Shown one piece after another: positions 39,009 through 53,191 of a stretch of DNA of 64,000 nt; positions within the stretch are counted from its first letter, which is position 1; each line of letters opens with the position of its first letter. The notes under the pieces were generated by a model that made no database searches, had not been told where the DNA came from, and saw only the letters and a list, made by a program, of their open reading frames with translations. The stretch is from Mobula hypostoma (taxonomy: Eukaryota): contig NC_086108.1 of assembly GCF_963921235.1 (NCBI RefSeq), positions 58,964,001 through 59,028,000 of the forward strand. The letters run 5' to 3'. The translations under genes were made by a program, and so were the position numbers.

Positions 39009-40277
39009 GACAGCATGCTCTGTTGCAATGATATAATTTCCTCCCACATGGATAATGGATTTTGTAATCAGAAGTTGAAAGCCACCGACAGATTTGACTG
39101 ATATGTAGGATGGAAAATGATGTTAACTTGATGCTATTTTCATTGAGCTGGGGGCGGAGGGTGGGGGTTGGAGAGTGAAGATACTGAAAAGGGCAAACTT
39201 CTCAGACAGGAGATGTGAAAACCATTTGACCATCAATTTGTAAAGGTTCTTACATCTACAATAACTGGCATTAACTGTAATAAGGGAACAGATACAATGA
39301 ATAGTCTTTCTCCTAATTCACCACTCTATCAATCGAAATAATTTTTTCTCATACAATTGAATACACTGTTTTGCAATTCATTGTTTAATTGGGGAAAAGT
39401 AGATTTCCCTGCAGCTGGTATGTTATGTATCTGAAAGCAGCCTCCTCAGTCATCCCTCATTCATGCCAGACTCTAGCTTGACATCACATTTAGTGGAAAG
39501 CAATTTAGCCAGGATTCATGTGCTCACAAATTACTGTTGACAGCATTTGCAGCCAAAAGCTTAATGCATCTGATTGACATTCTATATCCAATGTATTAAC
39601 GTGTACTAATTTGTTTATTTTATTTAAAAACTCTACAGACATCAAGCTCTAACTTGCTACTGTAGGTGCGTTCAGCATTTTTGGGTTTCTGTCAATCTGC
39701 AGTATCAGTACTGTCAGAATTCAGTATCAATCAAGCAAAAAAACTACTTCAAAGTGGATTGTTAATAGTCATTAATCAGTTCTGTCATCATATTGTGCAA
39801 ATGTACTTCACAGCCTGAACCTCGTTCAGGGTGGGTAACTGATGCCAAGTGCAGATCTGGACTGAAACAAACACTGGATTAATCAATTTTCTAGACAGTG
39901 CTAAATGTGGGCTGCAGTAAGAGAGTGATGCAGCCGAAGAATTACTCTCGAAGACTGATAATTCTTTCTTGACAGCACAATTTTCTCAGATGAAATTTAA
40001 TACTGATAAACACTTGAAAAATACAGCAGAGGTACAGATCCTTGGTCCACACTATTGGTGCTGGCCACGATGCCAATCTAACTAGTCCCATTTGACTGTA
40101 CATGTTCTACAACTCCTCCATTCCCTGTCTCTTCATGTGCCTGCCAATTATCTGAGTTCTATTGTCATGTGAATGGTTGGGATCCAAGCAGTAATGCTAT
40201 GAAAAAGTCCCATTTACTTCTAGTGTGATTGTAATGAGTTTGTTGTCTGTGAAGTTCTGAACTCAAATGAAAATCTT

Positions 40278-41582
40278 AAGGCATTTGACAAGGTGCCGCA
40301 TGGGAGTCTGGCCAAGAAGGTTCAGTTGCTCAACACTTAGGTTGAGGTAGTTAATTGGATTAGACATTGGCTTTGTGGGAGAAGCCACAGAGTGGATGTA
40401 GCAGATCGTCCCTCCGAGGCCTATGACTAATGGTATGCTGTAGGGATCAGGGCTTAATGTTTTGCTGTTTGTCATCTATTTCAATGATCTGGATGATAAT
40501 GTGGTTAACTGGATTAGCAAAGTTGTGGATGACACCAAAATTGGAGTGTAGTGGACAGGGAGGAGGGATCTGCATCAGCTGGAAAAATAGGCTGAAAAAT
40601 GGCAGATGGAATCTAAGGCAAAGAAGTGAGAAGTTTTGCACTTCAGTAGCACCAACCAGAGTAGGTCTTACACAGCCAACAGTAGGACACTGAAGAATGT
40701 GGTAGAACAAAGGGATCTGGGAATACCAGGTCCATAATTCATTGAAAGTGCTGGCAAAGGTAGATAGGGTTGTAAAGAAAGCCTTTGGCCCATTGGCCCT
40801 CATAAATCAAAGTATTTAGTGCAGGAGATGGGATGTTATGTTGAAGTTGTATTGTAGGGTAACATAATTGGGAAAAATATACATAGTTCACAAACACTGA
40901 CATTGAGTTGGGGTTTCGCTTTAAGATGCTGGTGTGACATGATGACGTTATGTACAGAGATTTTTAGGGCGATGTTTCCGGTTTCATGAAACATGAAATG
41001 CCCATCTTCATTTTATTTGCAAAAACCTACAGTAGAAGATGTTGGCAAGGCCTTATTTGGAGTATTGTGTGCTGTTTTGGTCACCTACCTACAGCAAAGA
41101 TGTAAACAAGGTTGAAAGAGTACAGAGTAAATTGATAAGGATGTTGTTGGGTCTGGAGGACCTGAATTATAATGAAAAATAGAGTAGATTAGGACTGTAT
41201 TCTTCAGAATGTAGAAGATTGAGAAGAGATTTGATAGAGGTATACAAAATTATATAGGGTGTAGGGTAAATGCAAGCAGGCTTTTTCCACTGAGGCTGGG
41301 TGAGACTACAACCAGAGGTCATGGGTGAAGAGTGAAAGGTGAGGTTTAAGGGGAACATGTGGGGAAACCTCTTCATTCAGAGGACTGTGAGAGTGTGGAA
41401 TGAGCTGCCAGCACGAATGACGCATGCAAGCTCGGTTTTAATATTTAAGATAAGTTTCGGCTAGGTGCATGGACAGTAGGGGTATAGAGGGCTATGGTCC
41501 ATTTAAATCAGTTTAAATGGTTTTGACATTGACTAGATGGGATGAAGGTCCTATTTCTGTGCTGTCCTTCTCTATGACCCTG
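40278..41582 (+). mobile_element. Degenerate CR1 (RT to 3' end) containing a 179-bp LTR-like insert
   Basis: aaggcatttgacaaggt (KAFDK), gtggatgacaccaaaatt (VDDTKI), ttggagtattgtgtg; tail ttctctatgaccctgac. Confidence 0.85.
40853..41031. mobile_element. Miniature solo-LTR-like insertion (179 bp)
   Basis: Ends TGTAGG...CCTACA; flanks GTAT/GTAG (imperfect 4-bp TSD); the CR1 frame LKLY|K resumes after it. Confidence 0.75.
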
Positions 41583-42987
41583 ACACTGCGTACTCATGAA
41601 ATGACACTGAGAAAATACAGTCCACATACTAACTGAAAAAAAATCCTCTTTTTAAAAAAATAATTGGCCTAGTTGTGACAAAGGCATATTATCAAATTGC
41701 AGACGAAGGGGGTCGCCATTATAGGAATTGAAAGAATGGATTCTGGTCACCATGTCTTTCTATCATTCTTCTTATCATTTCTTGACTATTCCTTGACTGC
41801 TCTCTAACAGTTACACTGTTTTTTTGGTACTTGGTGACTTCACACACATGTGATATTCTTTCAGATACCTTTGTTAGGAAATTCACATGTATGGTCTAAA
41901 AGGTCCTGAGGATAGAGATTCCCAGACACCTAAAATTAATGCTGTGAGGGCTGACTGTCTGAGCACATAAATCTCCCAACTATTGATTGATCAGCTATTT
42001 GATATGCTAAGTGACAATATTAGTCTGGTCTGCAAGTTTACTTGAGCTAAATAACTTAGCCAGTGTTGTCTAGTTTGAGGCCGGACTAGTTAACATGAGC
42101 ACATTGTCTTACACTGTATCTCTTGAGTAACCAGCCCAATACTGTGGGCCAGCAGTCTGATCTCTATAGACAGTGTTGTTTATTTGCAAAGCCATCCTTT
42201 TAACTTCAGACTGATTATTGCTTGCAATGTATTCCTGAGTAAAGAATATTGGTTGGGAGTTCAACCTACTCAGAAAAAACTCTTTGACCCCCCCCTGCCC
42301 TCCCCCCCGGAAGAGTCAGCTGCTGTGTTAGAAAGTTGAGCTTGGCAAAGAGCACATCTGGCAGTGAATATCCATCACACTAGTGTCTAGTTCATGACCA
42401 TCAGCCATCTTTCAATCCTACCTGTAAATAACCCTAAAGTGATGCATTCTAATTTTGCACACTAATCCTTTATGTGGGACGCGGGATCTACTGTCAAAAA
42501 TTTTGCTCTAATGTCACATTGAAAAGAGATTGGAATACCTAGAATATGTATTTGTTTTCCCTTAAATATGGTCGCACAGAGTTACCTGGCTGGTATCCCG
42601 ATGCTTAAACTGATGATCGGGAGACACGAATTTGAACCCTACAATAGCAGCTGAGAATTTAAATTATAGTAATTGTCTGTGTCTAGCATTAGCTGCAGTG
42701 ACCAAGGAATTACTGTCATTGGAAAAACTGTTAGATTCACTAACACTAATCAGTACAGAAAATCTACTCCTTGTTTGACTTAGTTTAAATGACTATGTCC
42801 ACAGCAATGCAATTGACTCCTAACTGTCCTTAGAATAGCAGAGCAAGTCAACAGTACAGTGACAATAAATAATAAATGGTGGCCTTGATCATGGCGTCCA
42901 AATCCTATGAGCAAACAATGAAAACTTCCTATTCCCATTGTGGGCCAAATATTAATGCAGCTCTCTGCTTCACACAGCACTAATCAA

Positions 42988-43215
42988 GAATCTGCAGAAC
43001 TGGTAAATCTGAAATAAAAACACGAATGCTTAAAGACTCAGCAGAAAAGGCACATATGTGGAAAGTAAAACTGTGTTAACATTTTAGATCAGCGACCTTC
43101 TATCATATCAAAACTCTTCATCAGATGAAGGGCCATTGATTTTAAATGTTAACTTAGTTTCTTTTTCCACAGAAGCTGCTTGACTGGCTGAGAAATTTCT
43201 GATATTTCTTCTTTT
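42988..43215. mobile_element. Ancient degenerate PLE fold-back
   Basis: ctgcagaactggtaaatctgaaa..actcagcag..gttaacatttt on one side and cagatgaagggcc..aaatgttaac..gctgcttgactggctgag on the other. Confidence 0.55.
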
Positions 43216-43279
43216 ATTATCTCTAATATTATATTCATATTTTATCTGGCAAGAAGTAGACTGGAGCTCCTCAAGTGGT

Positions 43280-44031
43280 TGCCAGTGGAACAAGTACTGC
43301 ACCTGTCCCTACACCTCCGCCTTTACTATTATTCAAACACTCCTTCCAGATGAGGTGACACTTCACCTGTGAGTCTGTTGAGGTCATCTATTATATCCAG
43401 TGCTCCCGGTGTTGCCTCTTGTATATCGATGAAACCCGACATTGATTGGAAGACCGTTTCACCGAGAACCTACGCTCTGTCCGCTAGAAAAAGCAGGATC
43501 TCCCAGAGGTCATCTTAATTCTACTTCCCTTTCCCATTCCAACATGTCAGTCCATGGGCTCCTCTACTGTCGTGATGAGGCCACACAGGTTAGAGGAGCA
43601 ACATCTTATATTTTGTCTGGGTAGCCTCCAACCTGATGGCACGAACATTTATTTCTCAAACTTCTGATAATGCTACCCCCCCCATTTCCTGTTCCCTTTT
43701 CACCTTCTCATCGTATCTCCTTACCTGCCCATCACCTCCCTCTGGTGTTCCACCCCTTTTCTTTCTTCCTTAGCCTTCTGTCCTCTCCTATCAGATTCCC
43801 CCTTCTCCAGCCCTGTATCTCTCACCAATCTTTACTTCATCCTTTCCCCACTCCTGGTTTCACCTATCACCTTGTGATTCTTCTTCCCCTCCCCCCACAG
43901 TCTAACTCTGACTTCTTATCTTTTTTTGTTCAGTCACGATGAAGGGTCTCGGACTGAAACGTCAACTGTACTCCTTTCCATAGATGCTGTCTGACCTGCT
44001 GAGTTCCTGCAACATTTTGTGTGTGTTGCTT
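43280..44031 (+). mobile_element. PLE (Neptune-type) 3' fragment: Cys-rich linker, GIY-YIG endonuclease, pLTR
   Basis: CQWNKYCTCPY; HFTCESVEVIYYIQCSRCCLLYIDET; LGSLQPDG; decayed hammerhead motif at 43931-43968. Confidence 0.88.
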
Positions 44032-44171
44032 ATTATTTAACAGTTTGTTTTTAACTTTGCTCTTCTTATTTTAAAGATTTTTAAAAACTAAAACATTTTA
44101 AATGCAGGCCAATTGGTAAAGTGAATGAAACACCACATCATTATTGTTGAAAGACACCGGAACTAAGAGCA

Positions 44172-44376
44172 AACAAGAGGAATTCTGCAGATGCTGGAAA
44201 TTCAAGCAACACACATCGAAGTTGCTGGTGAATGCAGCAGGCCAGGCAGCATCTGTAGGAAGAGGTACAGTCGACGTTTCATGCCGAGACCCTTCGTCAG
44301 GACTAAATGAAGGAAGAGTTAGTAAGAGATTTGAAAGTGGGAGGGGGAGGGGGAGATCCAAAATGATAGGATCACA
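44172..44376 (-). mobile_element. Single PLE pLTR fragment with intact hammerhead core
   Basis: TSD TAAGAGCA (44164-44171 and 44377-44384); minus strand 44268-44305 reads tagtc-CTGACGA-agggtctcggcat-GAAAC-GTC-gactg. Confidence 0.85.
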
Positions 44377-47300
44377 TAAGAGCAGATAGAGTGAGAAACA
44401 GCTATTCACTTGCATTGTTTGAAAATTAAAGGTATAGAGAAATTGGTGTTTGATTGTGAATACGCTGCAGTTTTTCATTTCAGCTGCCTATTATACTACT
44501 CATCCCAAGTCCACAATTTCCCTTGTATTTGCTTCAATGACGAGGGATGGGAGTACCATCACTATCATTTTGGAGATCACAGATGAGGTTCTATTCTACA
44601 GATATGTAGTAAAAAAAATGGACAGGGATACAGATTTTCAGAATTATGGTTAAAAAAATGACAAATAATCTTGCTGATACTGTATTAATATAATAAGGAT
44701 TTAATGATGAGACTGATTAAACAAGAAAATGTGAAGCTTATTGGTGCAAAACAAAACCTTGGTCCTGTTCTGGGACATTCACACAGCTGTGATATTTTAG
44801 ATCTACATCATATTTGTATTATCTAATTTCATTCTGATATTCCATATTTGGAAGTTTTGTTTATGCTTCACAAAAGCATCCCTCAATATTACTTATTAGC
44901 AACCAATCAATGTTTTTTTTTTCCCTTCTTGTACTTTCTTTATTTCTTTTTTACCTCTGTAATTCCACGTGCACAATAAATTCTGCATTTCGACTGTGTT
45001 CCGAGCAATGGTTTCTTCTGATTACCTTTTTAGATTTAGCAAATACTAACTTAGTATATGGCTTTTGGTTACAGTCATAACATCTCACTTTTCACTGCCA
45101 TTAACCACTCTAAGCAGATATCATTTTAAAGATCTTATAGTAAGTTAATTTATGATTTACTTGTTACAGCTTCTTGTAAAGAAACATTTTGATAAAAGCT
45201 CAAAATGCAAAGAACAGAATTTTCCATAGTTAAGGGCCAAATTGATGAGGCTAGTATCCTGGGAGCAGGGATATATTAGAATATCCAATATATCAAGATG
45301 GGGAGAGGGATAACCGTTCTCCCTAAAGAGTCATCGAGTTGTACTGCACAAAAATGAACATTTTGGCCCGCCACAAACATGTTGAAAATGTTTTCCCATC
45401 TAGTTTAATTCCACTTTCTTGCACTTTCATCTTACCTTCTTTGCCTTGCCTATTTAAGTTTCTGTTAGAATCAGATTCTTCCTTAATGCCCCTTAAACAT
45501 AATAATTATATCTGATTCCAAAAGAGTGGTCACCATAAACACAGTATTTATTGTGCCCAAGAATATGACCCACATAGCACTCCTTTTGTGATGTGTGCAG
45601 CACTAAGGCAGTTTCACAGAAAAAAATGTTATTTCAATGCATTAGCTCCTGTGTTTTGACAGAATATTTTAGTTGGAAAGGATTACAATTTTATTATGAA
45701 AGCAATTCAGTTTTTTTCTTAATGGTATAGATTATCATAAACTACCCAGTACAACAAAACCTGCATGCTTATTTTTCACATGGTTTATTTCATTCTATGA
45801 ATAATGTGTTTTTGATGGGATCTGATTCTTGCTGAAAAAAGGTGAGTGTCACTGATTCATTAAATTGATATAACCACAACTAAATTATACATCTTTGAAT
45901 TTCAGAGCAAGAGGTTTACTCATCTGAACTTCGTACTATTGAGTTCAAATTTGAAGTACAGCATTTGTTTCAAATGTAATGAAAAAAATAATTTTTGATC
46001 TACTATTCATACCCAACTTTAACAAACATACCATTAAAGCTTCTTTTTTATTCCAGTCATTTTCTTTGTTATTCCAGCTTTAATGTAGAAAAATCTATAT
46101 TAGAGCTAGAATAGGAATAGTGCCAACTCTAATTGTGCTCAGAATTGCATTGAGTCCACAAATAACAGGAATATTGCCTAATTGCTCATTATGACACTAA
46201 TAAACATTTACATAAGTCATTGAGCAGAATTTAATGCTCTTGTGCATAAATTTAATCATTATATGATCATATGAATATGGTTGCTTTTGTTAACATTCTC
46301 ATAGATTAAACAGAACTTCACTATGCTGTCATTTATTTTGGGTTAAATGAAGAGTAACCTTTCAGTCCTTTTTAGCAGTGGTAAAATGAGGTTACACCAT
46401 GGCAAGAAAGTTCTTTTTTACATCTGTGCTATGTATATTTAAAGCCTTTTATCAGAAGAAGCATAAGGTGGCCCTTGACCATGACAGAATTTTACGAACA
46501 ATTTTTTTTGACTGGTCATGGTCAATTCAGGGTCCTGCAAGAGACAACTTCATCTTTCATTAGCTAGTGAGAAAGTCTCCAGCAGTCTTTGAAAAAAAAT
46601 GCTGGCTAGTGTATTATTTCAAATGGTAGGATCCAAGTTCTGAATTTTCAGTATGCCTGGCTTGCAGATATAACTGTAAAGGTCAGCTTTCATTGCCTAC
46701 TCCCCAATGGTATCTCAAAAAAGTTGCCTTCTTGAATTATGGCAGTTGGCATGGTAAAGTACTTCTACATTGCTTCTGGATAAGGATACCAGGATCCTGA
46801 TCAGCAATAATCAGGGAATGATTATATATATAAGGTAAGGACAGTGCCTCAAATGGACAGCCATTTGAAGGTGATGAAGCTGCATATGCTGTTTTAGTCT
46901 TACTTTATGATAGATATTTGATGATGTGATGTTGTTATACATTTTGTAGCTTATACGTCTTGTAGAGACAGTGGTATGGAGAGCGAATGGGTTTGGTCTT
47001 GCCACAACTGGTCCACTACTTGGAATTACCATCTTTGTCTGATTGGCTAGAAGGGAAGGGCTAATCTTCTTAGCCTTCTACACTGAATATGGTGGCAAGT
47101 CTAGGCAAAGGATAAGGCTCAGGTGGCACAGTGCAAAGGGTTGGCACCCAGCACTTCCTGTTTGGTTTCAGCAGAAAGGAAGCAAGGATGGAACTTTGCC
47201 TCTGTCAAAACTGTCATAAGTTCACATTTTTAAATGTGCCTGACATTCAGAGGCATTTAAAATCAATTAAAATTGCAATGAATGAAAAAAACTAATAACA

Positions 47301-48069
47301 CTGATTGAAAACAATCAAAAATACAGTTAATTTTAAACATTTAAAATTATTGATACAATTTCATGACACAATACTGTATATGAAGCAAAATAACTTTTAA
47401 AAATATACTTTCCCATTTGCTTATTATCAGAAGGATCAGACTTCTCAATAAAGTTAGTGGGGACCCAGATCCTATTCCACATCTAACATGGTAAGGATCT
47501 GAGTGGCATTTTTCCAACATAATGCTGAGCAATCCCAGCAGAGACTCATGTGGACCTTGCAGACGGGTATCATGTCAGATATGACACCGACTGACATTCA
47601 GTAGGTCATGGGTATTTCAAAGAGCAAGTCTGTGGCTTACTCAAATTGGAATTACTGATTCCAGCTAGAAAGATTCCTCTTGATATTTATGGTAGTAGAT
47701 GGGTGCCAATCAAGGGCCCTGGATGATGTCAAGTTCCTTGAATATTGTAGGTGCAGCACTTCTTGAAGGCAAATGGAGAATATTCCTTCACAACTGCCAT
47801 GCGCTCTGTTGATAGTGGATATAATGAATGATTTCATGTCTGGAACTCTGTCATTACATCTTTCACAGATAGCAAAGTTCTGTTATGTGGATGATCCAAA
47901 TCAATTTCCAGGCTGCTGCTATCCTAGATATGTGAGAAAATGGCATTTAACCTTGGCACTGGAGAGAACATTTCCAGAAAAGATCACAGGAAGGGATAGG
48001 ATGGAATATAAGTGAGTCACTTCACCAGCTTTCTGTCCAAATGGTGAATTACTATCAGTTTGCACATTC

Positions 48070-48270
48070 TCCTCACAATGATTCCTGTGTGTTCTTACTT
48101 CATGAACCAATGAACACTACCTCAATTTTTGGTATTTTTGTTCTGCTTAAAAATATATTTCTTATTGCAACTTATAGTTTTTTTTACTGTATTGCACTGT
48201 ACTGCTGCCTCAAAACAACACATTTCATGACAAGTATCAGTAATAATAAGTTTAATTCTTATTTTGATTC
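48070..48270 (+). mobile_element. LINE 3'UTR remnant, Rex-Babar-like
   Basis: attgcactgtactgctgcctcaaaacaacacatttcatgacaagtatcagtaataataa...ttttgattc. Confidence 0.5.
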
Positions 48271-50076
48271 CGAGTACAGTATACTGCTACTCCTCAGGCT
48301 GGAGTTCAGTGGTCCGTTGGGAAGTACGCACCTACTGGGGACTTTTGGGGTAATACTTGACCGGAAGATCTGTTAAAAATTTAAATGTCCTTGTATTTTC
48401 TTTTATTAGGTATTTCTCAGCTGTGAAATGTAATGCTTTTTTCAATTAATCAAAATTTATAGTTCATAATGTGAAAGTAGAACATCGTCACAGACGTATC
48501 AAATCATTATGCCAATATGATGTTTTCAGGAATGAAATAAGTTACTTTTTCCTGAATGCACTTATTCTTTAATTTCACTTTACAAAAAGGAAATCTTAGA
48601 GTCTACATATTTAGTTTCAGATGTTGTGCAGTTACACCATCTTTGAGCTCTTTTGTGTTTAAAACTGGTGATTTTCCTTCACAATTTCTAGACTGGAATG
48701 CTTGACTTGAGTACTTAAGAAATGTTTGTGTTCCAAACTCTAAGGATAGCAGTGACCTTTATTAACATCATCTATGCAATAAACCTGGCAGACTTTGTAA
48801 ATTGTCACTGAATGTCAACATACTTCAGTGACAGCTTTCAGGCTGAGTCTGAGACTTCTCAACATTTCACCTACAGTTATTTAAAACAGAAATTAATTTC
48901 ACTAGGTGAAGATTTCTCACTTTTCTCTGTGAAATGTTTTAATCCATTTCTTTGAACTTTATCTGTTTCAGAATCAGATACTTTATATTATGGCAGTTGC
49001 TGACGCTGATTACCAGTCTAAAAGAATTAATAGAAGTGTTAGTCTCTGCTTCATAAAAAATTTTTATTACATTATGGGGGTCCTATTCTGATTACATCAC
49101 TACTTTGCCTGTAAAATCACTACATCACTGTAAAACAATATCTTTTCATCTTGTTTTGTCATTTGATTTCTGTTAAAGGAAATTCTTCTGGTGTGTTATT
49201 TGAACTAGTAACTGAGCAACGATCATGCTTTTTGATAAAGTCAAACAATAGATCCATCATTGTAACAGTTCAGGAAATATGAATAAAGCTAGAATATAAA
49301 GTTGACAAAAGGAAATGGGATATATTGCTATCTGACCTTTTTGTCTAATGTAGAAATTTTGTATATGTTAATTAAACAGGTTTTAATTGGTAATTAGAAT
49401 CCAAAACAGCACTTTGTAATTCAGGGAAAAGTCAATCAATGTTTTCTTAAAGGTCAAGGATGTGACATGTATATTGAAGTAATATCACAAATTACTACTT
49501 TTGCTGCGTGGTAAGAATATGACAGATAATGTGTGTGTACTTTTTCTCCACAATCTAATCTAATGATTCGTACCACACTGATACAGCAGTTTAGGCAAGT
49601 TCTACTAACTCCTCTCTAACATACTTGGAAAGGCTAGAATCCAAGCCTCACTGATGAGCTACTGATTTTTCTTTCATTCCTACCTGCCAATCCTTCTGGA
49701 ATTATATTCCATTGGTGTACAACATAAAGAATGACTGCTTTCTCTGGCAGTCACCCACATCGCATCCTTGTTGAGACAGAGGTCGAAAGCAGCAGTGTGA
49801 CTGCAGATTTCAGAACTGGTACTCTTTGTTCCTTCCCTTGCTTTTCCCTTCTTCTAACATTTTGTAACCTTGTTAACTACAGACTTAGTTTAATCTAGCT
49901 GTAAAGATTTATTGTGCCTCTGCACAGATCTAATTTTAAAGGTTTTCTGCACAATGAAATTTCGCCTGTCAGCTAGTTTTTTCAAAAATGATTACAAATT
50001 GTTATGCTGCAAGTTTGTGAAGTGAGCATGAACCGAGTAATACATTTACTCAGTGACTGTATGTGCTAGAACTTGA

Positions 50077-50114
50077 ACACACAGACACACACACAAACAC
50101 ACTCACACACACGT

Positions 50115-50158
<44 letters not shown>

Positions 50159-50244
50159 ACACACACGTGCACACACACACGCGCACATACACACGCATGC
50201 ATGCGTATATACAAACACACACACACACACGCACACGCACACAC
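50077..50244. repeat. Compound (CA)n microsatellite
   Basis: Directly visible, with a repeated acacacaaacacactcacacacacgtgc subunit. Confidence 0.98.
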
Positions 50245-51168
50245 AACATTTAAATAAAGGCACTGAGAAACACAGTGTAGTAAATTCCTGATGTGCATCA
50301 AGTGCAGAACTACACATCATGTACTGCAAATGTGAGACATAAATTGGACAATTTATTAATGCCTGTGGCAAATAAAACATTCCTAGAACCAAGACTATTG
50401 AAGGTTATATTCTGCAATCCTAAACAGCTTAAAGACACCACAGGGACCATTGCTTGAAAATAATAGCCCAGACTGCACTGTGGATAACAAACCTCACACT
50501 TGCACAATAATCCTGTCCTCTGAGCCTCAGTTGGATGTTGCACCTGAACACAAAATGAAAGAGTTACCACTTTCCCTATACGTGCTTAGATCTCTTAAAC
50601 TGTCAAAATTCAACTTCTTGTTGTAGATACAGAGTCTGCCTCACTCCCATCTCTCAGAGGGAATACGGCATGAAATGGTCAGCAGCACAGCTCAATCCAT
50701 TCACTCCAGTCATTTCCAGTCCACTCTATTCCCTTTTTATGATACCTCTCTCACCCAGTGCAAGGAATAAAGACATCTGAGTGAATGAAATGCAGCATGT
50801 TATATGTCCAATTAAAGAGTATAACTTCTGTGTTTACATATCTTAAAGTTACATCACATGCCACCATGTTTCTGGTACTATTTAATTGAAAGGTTACTTG
50901 CAAAGACTAATCATAGAGTCAAGCACTACCAAGTCTGCAGTTTTCACTTTGCATTCTCTTTGCATGTGATCAACTAAGACGTAGAGGGAGTCCAGACTGG
51001 TGCAATGGTGGGACAATAACGTGCAACACTTGATGACTTGACTCCTTTTCTGGATTTTGGATTATGTAATATGTAGGCTTTCACATAGCTACTCAGACAT
51101 GTTTCAATATTATGCAATTTGGGCATGAATCAAAAGTTGCAGGTAACTTTTCTTAAATTTAAAATATA

Positions 51169-51844
51169 AGTAGCCCCCCTGGCTACCCTCAGGGTCGCTC
51201 GGCTCGCTGTCATCTAGGGAAACAGCCCTCGGCCCCGCCAAACTGGGTAATAGTTTGTGTGGATGCTGTGTGATGTACCCCACCCCACCCAAATAACAGA
51301 CAATACACCAGATACAATTAAATGATTTACAGTTTATAGATATTACTGGGACTATATAATTAATAGAGAATAAAATATATAAGGAAAATAAAAGGCGCCA
51401 CACTGATCAAAGTTCAATTTCTTCGTGCACAACAGTTGGAGCTCAATCAATTCCTGACGACCACCCGGATCCTGTCGACTCACGGCTCGGGACCGGAGCC
51501 TTTCCGCACGTCCACCATCCTCTCTGTCTCCTCTCCTCGCCGAACACCCCGCTCGGGGTCCCACCCCATTAGCGGACCCCACAGCACCTTCCATTCTCTG
51601 TCCCTCTCTCCCACCTTCTGCCTCAAGACCCCACGCATGTAGTATCTTCAAATTCACCAAAAACATAACAACTATCCCAATTGGTTCATTCGTCCTCATA
51701 TCAATAGATAATACAAAACAAACCGCTAGCGGGAAGGACTTTCTCGGCATTTAACATAACAAAGAAGCATTCCTCAGTATAACATAACAAAGAAGCCATT
51801 TTAATTAGCCTCCGCAGTAACATAAAAGACGAAAACCCCTTACA
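51169..51844 (-). repeat. 3' LTR (676 bp)
   Basis: Direct repeat of 54625-55303, roughly 95% identical by eye; terminal T changed to A at 51169. Confidence 0.96.
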
Positions 51845-51856
51845 CTCTCCCCCACC
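51845..51856 (-). other. Polypurine tract
   Basis: Minus strand GGTGGGGGAGAG directly before the TGTAAGGGG start of the 3' LTR. Confidence 0.85.
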
Positions 51857-52344
51857 AAATAAAGTCATGCCCTCATGACTTCTAAATAAATCTCCAACCA
51901 GTCCTGCAGACACACAACACACACATACACAGATACGCACAGTGACAGTGCTCCCCAAACAGTGGACCTTACGCCTGTCCTACGGGCACTACATAGGCCA
52001 ACCTATCTGGGAGCTTCTTAACCCTCCGAGACCTCCGCACCCTCTCACCTAAACCCAAAAGGCTCAGACACTACTAGGGATACCTTGGGCCTGCTTGCCA
52101 ACTCCTCTCTCACTCAGGCCACCATTACAGCTCGGAGCCCCCAGTCCCGTGACCAGGGCCCCACCTCTTTTCCTTCCTGATCCTGCTGTAACTCAGACTG
52201 CCCACAGCTAGGTCTCCCCACTTCACCTGACTCAGTGGGAAAAGGGCCAAAGGTCTCTTCCTCAATCACGGGGAAGTTAGCGGAAGGCAGCATGTACTAC
52301 ATGTGCAGCACATCATCCTTCGAATCCGTATTCTTCCTCATTCC

Positions 52345-53190
52345 CTCGATCGATAGCTGCTGTTTGAGTTTCTCCACACTGAAACATTTAGCCGGGGCTA
52401 CTCTTTCGGCCTCCTGCAGTCGAGACGTCGGCTTCGGGGACTCCTTCAACTCTCACCACAGCCTCAGCAGCTCTGACTTAGGGTTCTTGGCCATCTCCAT
52501 CTGGGATGCAGTTACCCCACCAGCTTCTTCCACCCTGACCTGAAAAGCAGCAGTTAAAAGATGTTCAGCCTCCAGTTTTTCTTCCTGATGACGTCTTCCA
52601 GGTCAACTTTCAGGCTCCTTTCAAATGTCCGCCTCCCTTTTCCGAGATCTGTCCTCCATTTCTTCATTTCACCGGGAGTGTAGTCAAACTCCCCTCCCTG
52701 GGCTCTCGGTTTTCTGCTGGCCTTAGTCAGAACACTTCCTTGATCTTCCCCAACTTTTAAGTCTTCCAATCTTTCATGAATCGACGTCTTGAGTTTCCGC
52801 TGATCCCTTCGAAGGTGGGTCATTGTTTCTTCTTGCTGGATTAATTCATCAGTACATGACCGCAGTGTCGGCTCGGAATTCCGTTGCTCCTTCTCTACGT
52901 TGACGAGCGTGAATTCCAAATCTGCAATGGTCGTCCCACAAACGTGGCACTCAGTCTCCGGCCAGCATTTCTGGGCACTCAGTTCAGCGGTGCAAATCCC
53001 CTCTCTCCCCTGTGTCTCTTTCAAATTGACGACCTGGGTTTTCATCCCCAGGTCCACCAACGTCTTTTCCAACACCAGGAAGTTCAACTGGTATGTCGGG
53101 TCAATTTTCTCACATTGCACCAAACTCTTCCGGCCAAAAACTCCTCCACATTTTATACTTCGCTTTTGTTGCCTGGGCTCAGCCACTCGC
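52345..53190 (-). pseudogene. Captured, internally deleted sarcomeric myosin heavy chain rod (S2/LMM) fragment
   Basis: ORF 52554-53195: AELSAQK..ETEC...IADLEFTLVNVEKE...LEDLKVGEDQGSVLTKA...KKWRTDL..RRTFERSLK; second frame 52345-52587: [54 protein letters not shown]; motifs are colinear with the myosin II rod as I recall it. Confidence 0.85.
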
Positions 53191-53191
53191 C

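Noticed and set aside
50050..50392. Cys/Val- and His/Thr-rich ORFs
   Set aside because: These are translations of the (CA)n microsatellite
52538..52556. ttttaactgctgcttttcag as a retained myosin intron acceptor
   Set aside because: Myosin similarity (EEKLEAEH) continues upstream in the same frame, so a decayed or deleted coding segment is the simpler explanation
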